Assembly (NCBI GenBank): GCA_963555985.3
Contig: OY820591.1
Coordinates: 2,240,001-2,304,000, forward strand
DNA length: 64,000 nt
Origin: Dehalococcoidia bacterium
GTDB taxonomy: Bacteria; Chloroflexota; Dehalococcoidia; Bin125
Direction of reading: 5' to 3'
This document shows, piece by piece, positions 1 to 8,004 of this stretch. Numbering within the stretch: position 1 is the first letter of the stretch; each line of letters begins with the position of its first letter. The position numbers and the translations under genes are program-made. The notes under the pieces were generated by a model. The model saw only the letters and a program-made list of their open reading frames with translations, was not told the origin of the DNA and did not search any database.

Positions 1-419
1 TCGGCGACCAGATGGTGCTCGAGCAGAACGCATTCGTGGAGTTCATCCTGCCCGCCGGCATGCTTCGAGATCCGAGCAATGAGGAGATGACCATCTACCG
101 GCGTCCCTACACCGAGCCCGGTGAATCCCGCCGCCCGACGCTCACCTGGCCGAGGGAGATTCCTTTCGAGGGTGAGCCCGCCGACGTAGCGGAAATCGTC
201 GATGAGTATTCCCGCTGGCTGGCGGGGAGCAGCGTGTCCAAGCTGTTCATCAACGGAGAGCCCGGATCGATCTTGACAGGCCCTCAACGGGAGTTCTGCC
301 GCACCTGGCCCAATCAGCAGGAAGTGACCGTTCCCGGATTGCATTACCTCCAGGAAGATTCCCCCGCCGCGATTGGTCAGGCCATCGCCGAGTGGCACTC
401 TTCGCTGCCGCTCGGCTGA
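1..419 (+). CDS. Haloalkane dehalogenase (LinB/DhaA-like), 5'-truncated by window edge
   Basis: C-terminal motifs ESRRPTLTWPREIP, KLFINGEPG and GLHYLQED are typical of HLD-II haloalkane dehalogenases. Confidence 0.85.
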   Translation, partial: GDQMVLEQNAFVEFILPAGMLRDPSNEEMTIYRRPYTEPGESRRPTLTWPREIPFEGEPADVAEIVDEYSRWLAGSSVSKLFINGEPGSILTGPQREFCRTWPNQQEVTVPGLHYLQEDSPAAIGQAIAEWHSSLPLG

Positions 420-431
420 CGCGGACCGGAA

Positions 432-1415
432 TCAGACGCCGCGCAAGCGGGGGTCTAGGACATCGCGAAGGGCGTCGCCCAGCAGGTTGAACGCCATCAC
501 CAGGAGCGTGATCGCACCACCGGCGAAGACACTCTCCCAGGGATGAATGTCCAGCGCCCCGCGTCCGGAGGACACCATCCTGCCCCAGGAGATCTCGCCG
601 CGCGGCCCCGCGCCCAAGAACGAGACCGTCGCTTCGGCCAAGATGTAGGCTCCGATCCCAATCGAGAAGGTGATGATCAACACCGCACCGATGTTGGGCA
701 GCACGTGCCGCAGCATGATGCGGAGATCGGAAGCGCCGATCACGCGGGCCGCCTGGACGTACTCCGATCCGCGCACGGCGAGCACCGCGGATCGAATCAG
801 GCGCCCGGCGAAGGGGATCCCGCCAAAGCCGAGCGCGAGCACGACGTTTCTCGTGGAGGGCTCCGAGATCTGCACGAGCAGCAGAATCAAGATCAGGAAC
901 GGGAACGCATAGATCGCGTCCATCACGCGCTGGACGACCAGGTCGATCCAGCCCAGGTAGTAGGCGGAGATCACCCCGATGATGAGGCCGGCGGCGACGG
1001 CGATCAGCGAGGCGCCGAAGCCGATGATCAGCGCGAGCTCGGCGCCGTGGATCACGCGGGCGTAGATGTCGCGCCCGAACCTGTCGGTACCGAACCAATG
1101 CTCGCCGCTCGGCGCTTGGAACTGCGCCACCACACGCGGTGAGCCGATGTCCGGATCCTCAGCGAGTTCGGCGACCGTGGGGTCGGCCTTAAAGTTGGGA
1201 TTCTCTGTATCAAAGACCATGGCCGGGTCGTAGCGGCCCAGCGCTCCGGGGAACAGTGCCAGCACGCTGAAGACAAGGACGATGACGAGGCCGAGGCCGC
1301 CGAGTTTCTTCTGGCGGAAGAAGCGCCACAGGGCGGGGGATGCGCTCGTCATGCGCGTCAGCGGCGAGATGCGGTCCTCGAACGGCAGAGCGGAGGAGGC
1401 GTCGGGAGGCGTCAC
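432..1415 (-). CDS. Peptide/nickel ABC transporter permease (DppC/OppC-like)
   Basis: HWFGTDRFGRDIYARV, EAA loop (YVQAARVIGAS), C-terminal NLLGDALRDVLDPR. Confidence 0.93.
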   Translation of the reverse strand: MTPPDASSALPFEDRISPLTRMTSASPALWRFFRQKKLGGLGLVIVLVFSVLALFPGALGRYDPAMVFDTENPNFKADPTVAELAEDPDIGSPRVVAQFQAPSGEHWFGTDRFGRDIYARVIHGAELALIIGFGASLIAVAAGLIIGVISAYYLGWIDLVVQRVMDAIYAFPFLILILLLVQISEPSTRNVVLALGFGGIPFAGRLIRSAVLAVRGSEYVQAARVIGASDLRIMLRHVLPNIGAVLIITFSIGIGAYILAEATVSFLGAGPRGEISWGRMVSSGRGALDIHPWESVFAGGAITLLVMAFNLLGDALRDVLDPRLRGV

Positions 1416-2371
1416 GCGAGTCTCACACGCGGATCGAGCAGCCCGTAGAGCAGGTCGACGAAGAGGTTGGTGAAGACCACGACGAAGGCCACGACCAAGA
1501 CGAGGCCTTCCAGCAACGGCGTGTCACGCAGCGTGATGGCTTGGAAGAGCAGCCGGCCCACACCGGGGACGTTGAACATCTGCTCGAGCACGATTTGGCT
1601 ACCGATGATCGTGGCCACCGTCAGGCCCATGACCGTCAGCACGGGCAGCCAGGCGTTGCGCAGCACGTGGCGGATGATGATTGTGCGCTCCGGCAGCCCC
1701 TTCGCGCGGGCCGTGACGACGTAGTCCTCCCGCAGCACTTCGAGCATTTGGGAACGCAGCAGCCGCATGGTCGTCGCGGTGCTCGCGATCCCACCTGCGA
1801 ACATGGGGATCAGATACCACTGGATAGCCGATTTCGGGTCCTCCCACAGATGGGGCTGGCGGTCAACATCGATCTTGAAGAGGTCCCACTGCAAGACAAG
1901 GATTACCGCGATCGAGGCGGTCCAGAAGACCGGCGCGGCGAGGGCGAAGATCGCGCCGCCGCGGAGGAGGTAGTCGGGTAACTGATCCTGCTTGACGGCG
2001 CTGATGATGCCGACCGGGACGGCGATCGTGAAGCCGACCAGGACGATCAGGACGCCGAGTTCAATGGAGTAGGGCACGGCGCGGCCGAGCTCGCTCCAGA
2101 CGGAGCGCTTGGAGCGGAAGGACTCGCCGAGGTCGAGCTGCACCAGATCCCAGAGGAACGTGCCGTACTGCTCCAAGACAGGCTTGTCGAGGCCAAGGAC
2201 CGCCTCGGCCCGGGCGATCGCTTCGGGGGTCACGCCGCCCAGGTTCGCGCTGGCGAACTGCTGGGACGCAAAATTGCCGGGCAGGACGTGCACGGCGAAG
2301 AACACCAGCGTCGTCACGATCCAGAGGACGAAGATGTTCAGAATCGCGCGGCGAAGGATGTACTGCTGCAC
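1412..2371 (-). CDS. Peptide/nickel ABC transporter permease (DppB/OppB-like)
   Basis: Start moved to GTG at 2371 (MQQYILRR); EDYVVTARAKGL..RHVLRN; ends DLLYGLLDPRVR; overlaps next gene by 4 nt. Confidence 0.92.
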   Translation of the reverse strand: MQQYILRRAILNIFVLWIVTTLVFFAVHVLPGNFASQQFASANLGGVTPEAIARAEAVLGLDKPVLEQYGTFLWDLVQLDLGESFRSKRSVWSELGRAVPYSIELGVLIVLVGFTIAVPVGIISAVKQDQLPDYLLRGGAIFALAAPVFWTASIAVILVLQWDLFKIDVDRQPHLWEDPKSAIQWYLIPMFAGGIASTATTMRLLRSQMLEVLREDYVVTARAKGLPERTIIIRHVLRNAWLPVLTVMGLTVATIIGSQIVLEQMFNVPGVGRLLFQAITLRDTPLLEGLVLVVAFVVVFTNLFVDLLYGLLDPRVRLA

Positions 2372-2475
2372 TGGTCCGTTGACGGTTTCCTCGCGGAAGA
2401 CGAGGGGAGGGCCGGGCCGAAGCCCACGGTTTGGGTCCCGGCCCCAAGTGATCTCCTCGCGTGGCTCGTCGCCCG

Positions 2476-4479
2476 CTAGAGCGGACGCGGCTCCGGCTCC
2501 GGGCGGCCTTCGATGCTGGGGTCTTCCGGGTCGATCCACGAGTCGAGGGCCTGGAGGCTCTCCGACTCGAAGGTATAGCCTTCGGTCTCCGACTTCAGCG
2601 CGGGGTGCAGGTAGTTCCAGGCGACTGTCGGCGAGACGGCGTTGTAGATGATGTGACGGCCGAACTGACCGTTCTCGATGATGAATTCCTGGACTTCACG
2701 CACAAGCCCGTTCGCGGTTTCGAAGTCGAATTCCTGGATTGCAGCGTCGAGCTTGGCATCGATCTCGTCTGGCTCGCTCACGTCCCAAAAGTTGCCCGGC
2801 GCGCCGGTCTTGAACGCTGCGGCCAAGTCCGCTCGTGCGTCCGGAACCGTCAGGTTAGGAATCCAGGAGAAGAACGTGGTGAACGTCTTGTTGAACCAAG
2901 CGGGGAAGATCTCACCATAGGTTTGGGTGACACCTTGGAACTGGTCGGTACCGAACGCCTGGTTGAACATCTGCGCGACGGCCTCGGTCGAGCCCGGCCG
3001 CGTGGCCTCATAGGCGTCTGAATTGACCCAGGGGATCTCGCCCACCTCCGCGCCGCCGGCCGCGCTCCAGAGTTCGTTGGCCTCTTGCAGGGCCGCATCG
3101 CGGTCGAGGCTATAGGCCGCGAAATCGGCGAGCTCTTCCTGCGGAATCGCCCAGGCCTCCTGCACCCAGGGCACGGGACCGCTGACCTTCCCCAGCCCTT
3201 GCGCGAGTTGCTGGATGAGCGCGCGCCGATCGATGGCGAGGTCGATCGCCTTCACCATGCGCGGGTCGGTCCAGGGTTCGAGGTTGCGATTGACGTAGGC
3301 GGCAATCGGGAAGGCGCTGCCTTTGAAGGTGAGGAAGGTCGAATCCGGTTCCTCGTCATGGATCGCCTGGAGCAGTTCCGCGCCCCCGGTCAGCATCGAG
3401 TCGACCTGCTTTTGCTCGAAGGCGATCCGGTAGGCCGTGGGATCCTCGAACGACTGGTTCCAGACCCAGTTGTGCGCCCGCGGGCCGGGGCTGTGGTAAT
3501 CCGGGTTGCGAACGGCGGAGATGCTCTCGCCGGGCAGCCACTCGGTGAGGATGTAGGGCCCGGTCCCGATCACCTTGTCGGCGGAGACGTTGACGGCCTC
3601 CGGTTCGATGGCAATGAGCAGTTCGGGCTGGCCCATGAGGTTGAACTCGTTGGCGAGACCCTGGAGGAATGCTGCATTGGGGCTACCCAAGTTGAGCGTC
3701 ATCGCGCCGGCATCGATGTCGATCGAGGCAACGCTGCTCCAGTAGCCCTTGCGACCGAAGGCGCCCTCCGAGCCGTCCTGCAACAAGCCGGCCTTCTGCC
3801 GTTCGATGTTCCAGGCGAGGTCTTCGGCGGTCAGCGGGCGCCCCGCGGTGGAGGCGGGATGGTCCGCGCCGGGGCCCTCGGCGTGCCATTTCACGCCCTC
3901 GCGGAGCTGCAACACGACGGTCTGGCCGTCGGGCGCCTCCCATCCGGAGGCGAGATCAGCGGCGAGTTCGCCCGAGTCCGGATTCTCGAATCGCAAGAGC
4001 TTCGATTGAATCCGGCCGAGCACCCGCAAGACCTCGCTGGACACGCTCTGGCTGGCGTCGGCGGAATCGAAGATGACGGCCGTGATATCCACGATCGTAC
4101 CGCCGTCGACGGGCGTCTTGTCGAAGCGGGAGACTGCGGCCTGCTGCTCGGCCTGTTCCTGCTCGGTCTGCTCCTGCGCCTCGGCCTGCTGGGCCTGCTG
4201 CTCGGCTTGCTGCTCCTGTTGCTCTTGCGTGACCTGCTGCTGCGACTGTTGTTGCTGCATGGCCTGCTGTTGCTGCTGCTCTTGCACGGCCTGCTGCTGT
4301 TGCTGATCCTGTTGTTGGACCTGCGTTACAGCCTGCTGCTGATCGTCGTCATCGTCGTCGCCGCAGCCCACCAGGGCCAGGCCGGCCGCGCCCACGCCGG
4401 CGCGTCCGCTCGCGTGCAGCATCGCGCGACGGGAGATCTTCCGGTCGCGCAGGCTCCTCCAGTAGTTCCGCTTGTTCAT
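2476..4479 (-). CDS. ABC transporter substrate-binding lipoprotein (family 5), Tat-type signal, Gln-rich linker
   Basis: SRRAML twin-Arg, LALVGC lipobox, acidic and poly-Q tract, VIGTGPY motif, upstream of two permeases. Confidence 0.9.
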   Translation of the reverse strand: MNKRNYWRSLRDRKISRRAMLHASGRAGVGAAGLALVGCGDDDDDDQQQAVTQVQQQDQQQQQAVQEQQQQQAMQQQQSQQQVTQEQQEQQAEQQAQQAEAQEQTEQEQAEQQAAVSRFDKTPVDGGTIVDITAVIFDSADASQSVSSEVLRVLGRIQSKLLRFENPDSGELAADLASGWEAPDGQTVVLQLREGVKWHAEGPGADHPASTAGRPLTAEDLAWNIERQKAGLLQDGSEGAFGRKGYWSSVASIDIDAGAMTLNLGSPNAAFLQGLANEFNLMGQPELLIAIEPEAVNVSADKVIGTGPYILTEWLPGESISAVRNPDYHSPGPRAHNWVWNQSFEDPTAYRIAFEQKQVDSMLTGGAELLQAIHDEEPDSTFLTFKGSAFPIAAYVNRNLEPWTDPRMVKAIDLAIDRRALIQQLAQGLGKVSGPVPWVQEAWAIPQEELADFAAYSLDRDAALQEANELWSAAGGAEVGEIPWVNSDAYEATRPGSTEAVAQMFNQAFGTDQFQGVTQTYGEIFPAWFNKTFTTFFSWIPNLTVPDARADLAAAFKTGAPGNFWDVSEPDEIDAKLDAAIQEFDFETANGLVREVQEFIIENGQFGRHIIYNAVSPTVAWNYLHPALKSETEGYTFESESLQALDSWIDPEDPSIEGRPEPEPRPL

Positions 4480-4639
4480 TGGCTGCGCTCCCAGTTCGTG
4501 CGTGTGTCCGTCGAGACCCTTGCGGGTGGTTGCAGGCTACAGAGAACTGGACAGAGCGGTCAGAGAGTGCACTTGTTTGTTTGTTGTTTGCTCGAGTCGA
4601 CGCCATGGCGGCGGACTGGCCCGTCGTAGTGGTCGGGGG

Positions 4640-4780
4640 TGGACGGGAAAAACGGGCGCGGCGGGGGTTCAGGTGTTCGGCGAACTTTTTTTCCGGGGCG
4701 GCGGCGGGCGTGATCTACGGTGAAACACTGGAGATCGGGGCTCAGGTCGTTCAGGTTTTTTCAGGTTTCCTGAGAGCGGG
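4640..4780 (-). repeat. Dispersed non-coding element, homologous to 49165-49390
   Basis: Reverse complement has CTCAGGAAACCTGA, ACCTGAAAAAACCTGAACGACCTGA and GAAAAAAAGTTCGCCGAACACCTGAACCCC, matching blocks in the same order at 49165-49390. Confidence 0.6.
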
Positions 4781-4790
4781 GTGTTCGGGT

Positions 4791-4850
4791 TTGGACGGGT
4801 TTGGACGGGTTTGGTCGAATGTGGACGATGTTGGTTGAGTGTGGACGGGT
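4791..4850. repeat. Six imperfect 10-bp tandem repeats (TTGGACGGGT)
   Basis: ttggacgggt ttggacgggt ttggtcgaat gtggacgatg ttggttgagt gtggacgggt. Confidence 0.8.
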
Positions 4851-4879
4851 CAGGCGGGGACCTGTTCGGTGGAACGCTC
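4850..4879 (-). pseudogene. 3' relic of a DUF2283-type antitoxin gene
   Basis: Encodes ERSTEQVPA*, like the ELATEQVPA* end of 7344-7766. Confidence 0.6.
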
Positions 4880-4906
4880 GGGTGGGACGCCCGATCTCGT
4901 CGTCGC

Positions 4907-5299
4907 TCAGCCGCTCTCGACACGGAGGCTGCCGATGCGCTCGAAGTGGCGGCGGTTGTTGGTGAGGAGGGTGAGGCCGTGTTGCAGCGCGGTCGCGGCG
5001 ATCAATGTGTCGAAGTTGCCGATGGGTTGCCCGCGCAACTGGAGGGACGCCTTCATCCGTCCGAAGATTTCGCCGGTTGCCGAATCTATCGGCAGTAACG
5101 TGAATGGCCCGACATACTCGAGCAACTCGGCTTTCGCCTGCTCCGCGTGCGGCGACCGATACGGACCCACGAACAGTTCCGCCATGCTGATCACGCTGAT
5201 CGCGATACCGGCGGGGAGCAACTCAAGAATGCGCACCCGCGCCGGAGTTGAACCTCTCAGCGCTTCGACGACCCAGTCTGTGTCGATCAGGTAACGCAC
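4907..5299 (-). CDS. vapC: PIN-domain VapC toxin
   Basis: YLIDTD N-terminus, AELFVG, FDTLIAATAL, LLTNNRRHF. Confidence 0.92.
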   Translation of the reverse strand: MRYLIDTDWVVEALRGSTPARVRILELLPAGIAISVISMAELFVGPYRSPHAEQAKAELLEYVGPFTLLPIDSATGEIFGRMKASLQLRGQPIGNFDTLIAATALQHGLTLLTNNRRHFERIGSLRVESG

Positions 5300-5302
5300 G
5301 AG

Positions 5303-5431
5303 CTAGTCGTCTGTTGACGGCCCGCAGCCGCAGTCTCGACGGAACGCCTCGATCAGGGTCGGGTCTTCGGCAAAGCGCTTGGCCCAGGCGGCCGCGGCGC
5401 GCTCCATTCGCTTGCGGGCCTCTTCCGACAC
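5303..5431 (-). CDS. Putative short or truncated antitoxin (42 aa)
   Basis: GTG-start ORF MSEEARKRMERAAAAWAKRFAEDPTLIEAFRRDCGCGPSTDD ending 3 nt before vapC; below ORF-track cutoff. Confidence 0.45.
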   Translation of the reverse strand: MSEEARKRMERAAAAWAKRFAEDPTLIEAFRRDCGCGPSTDD

Positions 5432-5432
5432 T

Positions 5433-5472
5433 CAGCCTAGCGCGTTTGGGCGGCTCTTGGCGGGGGTGATTT
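5433..5472 (-). repeat. 40-bp array linker copy 1 (contains TAGGCT -10-like box)
   Basis: cagcctagcgcgtttgggcggctcttggcgggggtgattt; 3 mismatches to 8511-8550. Confidence 0.85.
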
Positions 5473-5742
5473 CGTCGTCGGCGAGGTGGTCGATTTGGGT
5501 TTGGGGTGGTCGGATTTGGACGATTTTGGACGGGTTTGTTCGGGTGAGGCGGGAACGTGCTCGACGGAGCATTCAGGCAGGACGCCGCGTTCGCGGGCGA
5601 ACTCGATCGTGAGGGCGACTAGGCCGCCATCGGCGTCCAGGTCGACCAGGTTCTCGTAGCCCAGATCCTGCGTCTCCTCAACCGGCGCGTCGGTGAAGAC
5701 GATCAGCAGGGTGTCCGTGTCCTCAAAGTAGGTGGCTTTCAT
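5437..5742 (-). CDS. DUF2283-family antitoxin, stop codon lost (read-through tail)
   Basis: MKATYFEDTDTL..LVDLDADGGLVALTIE; the position of TGA in paralog 8580-8777 is TCA here (5545-5547). Confidence 0.75.
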   Translation of the reverse strand: MKATYFEDTDTLLIVFTDAPVEETQDLGYENLVDLDADGGLVALTIEFARERGVLPECSVEHVPASPEQTRPKSSKSDHPKPKSTTSPTTKSPPPRAAQTR

Positions 5743-5789
5743 GGCTTGCACCCGCTATCGACGAAGGCTGTGCGCAGCGTTTCGCCCTC
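5739..5789 (-). pseudogene. 3' relic of DUF4258-like toxin
   Basis: EGETLRTAFVDSGCKP* aligns to DRETVLNAFFDRNFRP* of 8918-9154; ATGA overlap with DUF2283 start. Confidence 0.6.
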
Positions 5790-5805
5790 AGCGTATCCGC
5801 CTCGC

Positions 5806-6228
5806 TCAGGCCGAGGTGTTCCGCAACAGCGCCACGAACCCGGCCTGTGCGAAGTCTCGGTCGTAGGCCAGGGCGTCAGTGATGCCGCGCTCTTCCATCA
5901 CGAGGAAGCTGGCGCAATCGACGAGGCTCCAGGATTGGTCCAGCCGGTTCTCGTAGCGTTCAAGAGCTGAGCGAAACTGGCCGTCCGTCATGGGCACGAC
6001 CTCGATGTCTGCAGAGTTCAGGATCCGGCGCACGAGCGCCGAGGCGTCCTCGCGGCTGGCGGCGCCATCGTTTGAAAAGAAGGCCAGCACCTCTAGGAGC
6101 ACCATTTGCGAGGTCACGATGTCGTCGTCCTCATGCGTGACGAAGCGCGTCATGGCGTAGGGGTGCAGGTCATCATCCGGATCGAGCAGCGCAATCCAGA
6201 AACCGGAGTCGGCGAAGACGGCGCTCAC
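5806..6228 (-). CDS. vapC: PIN-domain VapC toxin
   Basis: Start moved to GTG at 6228 (MSAVFADSGFWIAL); WSLVDCASF, ALAYDRDFAQAGF; GTGA overlap with antitoxin. Confidence 0.92.
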   Translation of the reverse strand: MSAVFADSGFWIALLDPDDDLHPYAMTRFVTHEDDDIVTSQMVLLEVLAFFSNDGAASREDASALVRRILNSADIEVVPMTDGQFRSALERYENRLDQSWSLVDCASFLVMEERGITDALAYDRDFAQAGFVALLRNTSA

Positions 6229-6500
6229 TCGTCGTCGTCCCGGGAGAATTGATACATCCGCTGCCTGAAGGTGCGGGCATGATTGTGCTTCCAGCCCAAG
6301 CGCCGCTGCGTTGGCCATTGCTCCTGATCTTTGAGCAGCTCATGCATGTACTCCGGGTACCTCGCCAGTTCCTCTTCCGTCAGCGGGACATCGAGCTCTA
6401 TGTCGCCCACGCAGCCTTCGACCACGCCGGCGGCTGCCTTGGGGTCGATGGGCGTGAAGACTCCGTCGCGGAACACCACGCGGATTACCCGTGCAACCAT
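6225..6500 (-). CDS. Antitoxin, DUF104/AF2212-like
   Basis: IRVVFRDGVFTPID N-terminal motif, coupled to downstream PIN gene. Confidence 0.75.
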   Translation of the reverse strand: MVARVIRVVFRDGVFTPIDPKAAAGVVEGCVGDIELDVPLTEEELARYPEYMHELLKDQEQWPTQRRLGWKHNHARTFRQRMYQFSRDDDE

Positions 6501-6560
6501 GACGGCCTCCCTCTGACGCCCAGTCTACCGAACCAGGCGGCCCTCGATGGGGGCGATTGG

Positions 6561-7016
6561 TCAGGCGGGCGCCTCATCGTCGAGGAGATCATTGAGGATG
6601 ACGGTTGGCAAGTCTGGGATGCGACGGAAGTCGGCGTCGTTGGTGACGAAGAGATCACACCCGACGTGCAGCGCGGTGGCCGCGTGGAGCGCGTCGGGAA
6701 CGCTCAGGTTTGAATCGGCGCGCAGTCGAGCGGCATCACTCCAGAGTTCGCGGGTCATGGGGATCAGACTCACCTCGCGAGCATCTAACAGCGACAATAG
6801 GAGCCGTTCGAGCATTGCGTCTCCTTCTCGCAGCGGCTTGACCAGCGTCTCCAAGATGACGATCTCGCTGCTCACGATCACGAAGTCGCCTGCGCGCGCC
6901 CGCTGCCACATCGGTTCGAGCAGCGTGCGGAACGGTTCGACGCGCTCAACGCTGTAGATGAATCCGTTGCTGTCGAGATAGACGGAGCCGCTGGCCGGTA
7001 AGGTCAGCGTTCCCAT
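6561..7016 (-). CDS. vapC: PIN-domain VapC toxin
   Basis: VYLDSN, ETLVKP, PDALHAATA, FVTNDADF. Confidence 0.92.
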   Translation of the reverse strand: MGTLTLPASGSVYLDSNGFIYSVERVEPFRTLLEPMWQRARAGDFVIVSSEIVILETLVKPLREGDAMLERLLLSLLDAREVSLIPMTRELWSDAARLRADSNLSVPDALHAATALHVGCDLFVTNDADFRRIPDLPTVILNDLLDDEAPA

Positions 7017-7234
7017 GACATCCGCTCTTCCTGGATGTAGGCGTCGACTTCGGCTGCCGTCTGGAACAGCCGATTGCCGGGCGCTTCGGCCAGGATGTCG
7101 ACGACGGACCGACGCGCTTCGGCCGGGGATCGCAGCACCACGACCTCAACGGTCTCGCCGGGTTCGAGTTCGGGACAGTCGAACTCGACCTTGCCGCCAG
7201 CCTGCACCGTGACTCGCTGGTGAATGGTCGGCAT
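7004..7234 (-). CDS. Putative antitoxin of the downstream PIN toxin
   Basis: 76 aa, beta-rich N-terminus (VTVQAGGKVE..GETVEVVV), C-terminal EVDAYIQEERMSWE, overlaps PIN gene; GGAGGAGG RBS. Confidence 0.75.
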   Translation of the reverse strand: MPTIHQRVTVQAGGKVEFDCPELEPGETVEVVVLRSPAEARRSVVDILAEAPGNRLFQTAAEVDAYIQEERMSWER

Positions 7235-7254
7235 TGCGGGACCTCCTCCGAGCT

Positions 7255-7294
7255 CAGCCTACCGCGTTCCGGAGGCCCTTGGCGGGGGTGATTT
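7255..7294 (-). repeat. 40-bp array linker copy 2
   Basis: cagcctaccgcgttccggaggcccttggcgggggtgattt; 2 mismatches to 8511-8550. Confidence 0.85.
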
Positions 7295-7343
7295 CGGCTT
7301 CGGGATGTTCGGGTTTGGACGGTTTTGTTCGGGTGCGTTCGGG

Positions 7344-7766
7344 TCAGGCGGGGACTTGCTCGGTGGCGAGTTCGGGCAGGATGTTGCGCTCGCGGGCGTG
7401 CTCGATCGTGAGGGCGACCAGATTGCCCTCGCAGTCGAACTCGAGCGAGGTTTGGTAATCGAGGTCGACATGGTCAATGGGGCCGTCGACGAATGGGTCG
7501 CCGAACTCGAACAGCAGCGTGTCCGTGTCTTTGAAGTAGATGCGATTCACAGTCGGAGACTTCCTGTCCCAGACCGCCCCACGGCTGACTTGCTCAGAGA
7601 CCCGCTGCTTCGCGAACTCGATGGTCAGCCCGACGGGGTACCCGTCGCAGTCCAGTTCCAACGACGCATTCTCGTCCAGGTCGACATGATCCAGCTCTTC
7701 CCCGACTGGTACGTCGCGAAAGACGAACATGAGAGTGTCCGTGTCCTCGGAGTAGATACGCTTCAC
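7344..7766 (-). CDS. Tandem two-domain DUF2283 protein
   Basis: Two copies of (K/N)RIY..DTDTL..DHVDLD...LE.DC.G..V.LTIE. Confidence 0.8.
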   Translation of the reverse strand: MKRIYSEDTDTLMFVFRDVPVGEELDHVDLDENASLELDCDGYPVGLTIEFAKQRVSEQVSRGAVWDRKSPTVNRIYFKDTDTLLFEFGDPFVDGPIDHVDLDYQTSLEFDCEGNLVALTIEHARERNILPELATEQVPA

Positions 7767-7791
7767 GGCCTGAATCTCCCGTCGTCTTCAT
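7763..7791 (-). pseudogene. Internally deleted DUF4258-like toxin
   Basis: ATGAAGACGACG (MKTT) joined to ..TTCAGGCCGTGA (FRP*), the first and last codons of paralog 8918-9154. Confidence 0.6.
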
Positions 7792-7865
7792 TGGCGGGAT
7801 TCACCCTATCAGATCAGAACTGGTGGTCGATAGCCGGTCCTCGGCGGCGATTTTGGGGTTGGGGT

Positions 7866-7915
7866 GTCCAGATTTGTCTGGATCTGTCTGGATTCGTCTG
7901 GATCTGGCTAGATTT
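7866..7915. repeat. Five imperfect 10-bp tandem repeats (GTCYRGATYT)
   Basis: gtccagattt gtctggatct gtctggattc gtctggatct ggctagattt; same unit as 27425-27474. Confidence 0.85.
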
Positions 7916-7962
7916 TGGGGGTGTTTGTCGCGGAAATTCTTGCTGGGGTTGGGAACGTCCGG

Positions 7963-8000
7963 TGTTCGGGTTTGGACGGTTTTGTTCGGGTGCGTTCGGG
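7963..8000. repeat. 38-bp exact direct repeat of 7306-7343
   Basis: tgttcgggtttggacggttttgttcgggtgcgttcggg at both positions. Confidence 0.9.
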
Positions 8001-8004
8001 GTGG

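Noticed and set aside
4073-4306. Poly-Cys ORFs (also 26665-27108)
   Set aside because: Antisense reading of the CAG-rich poly-Gln linkers
3085-4629. Long opposite-strand ORFs (also 11329-12711, 12591-14033, 36560-38065, 44011-46134)
   Set aside because: Shadow ORFs of well-supported genes, expected at high GC; no motifs
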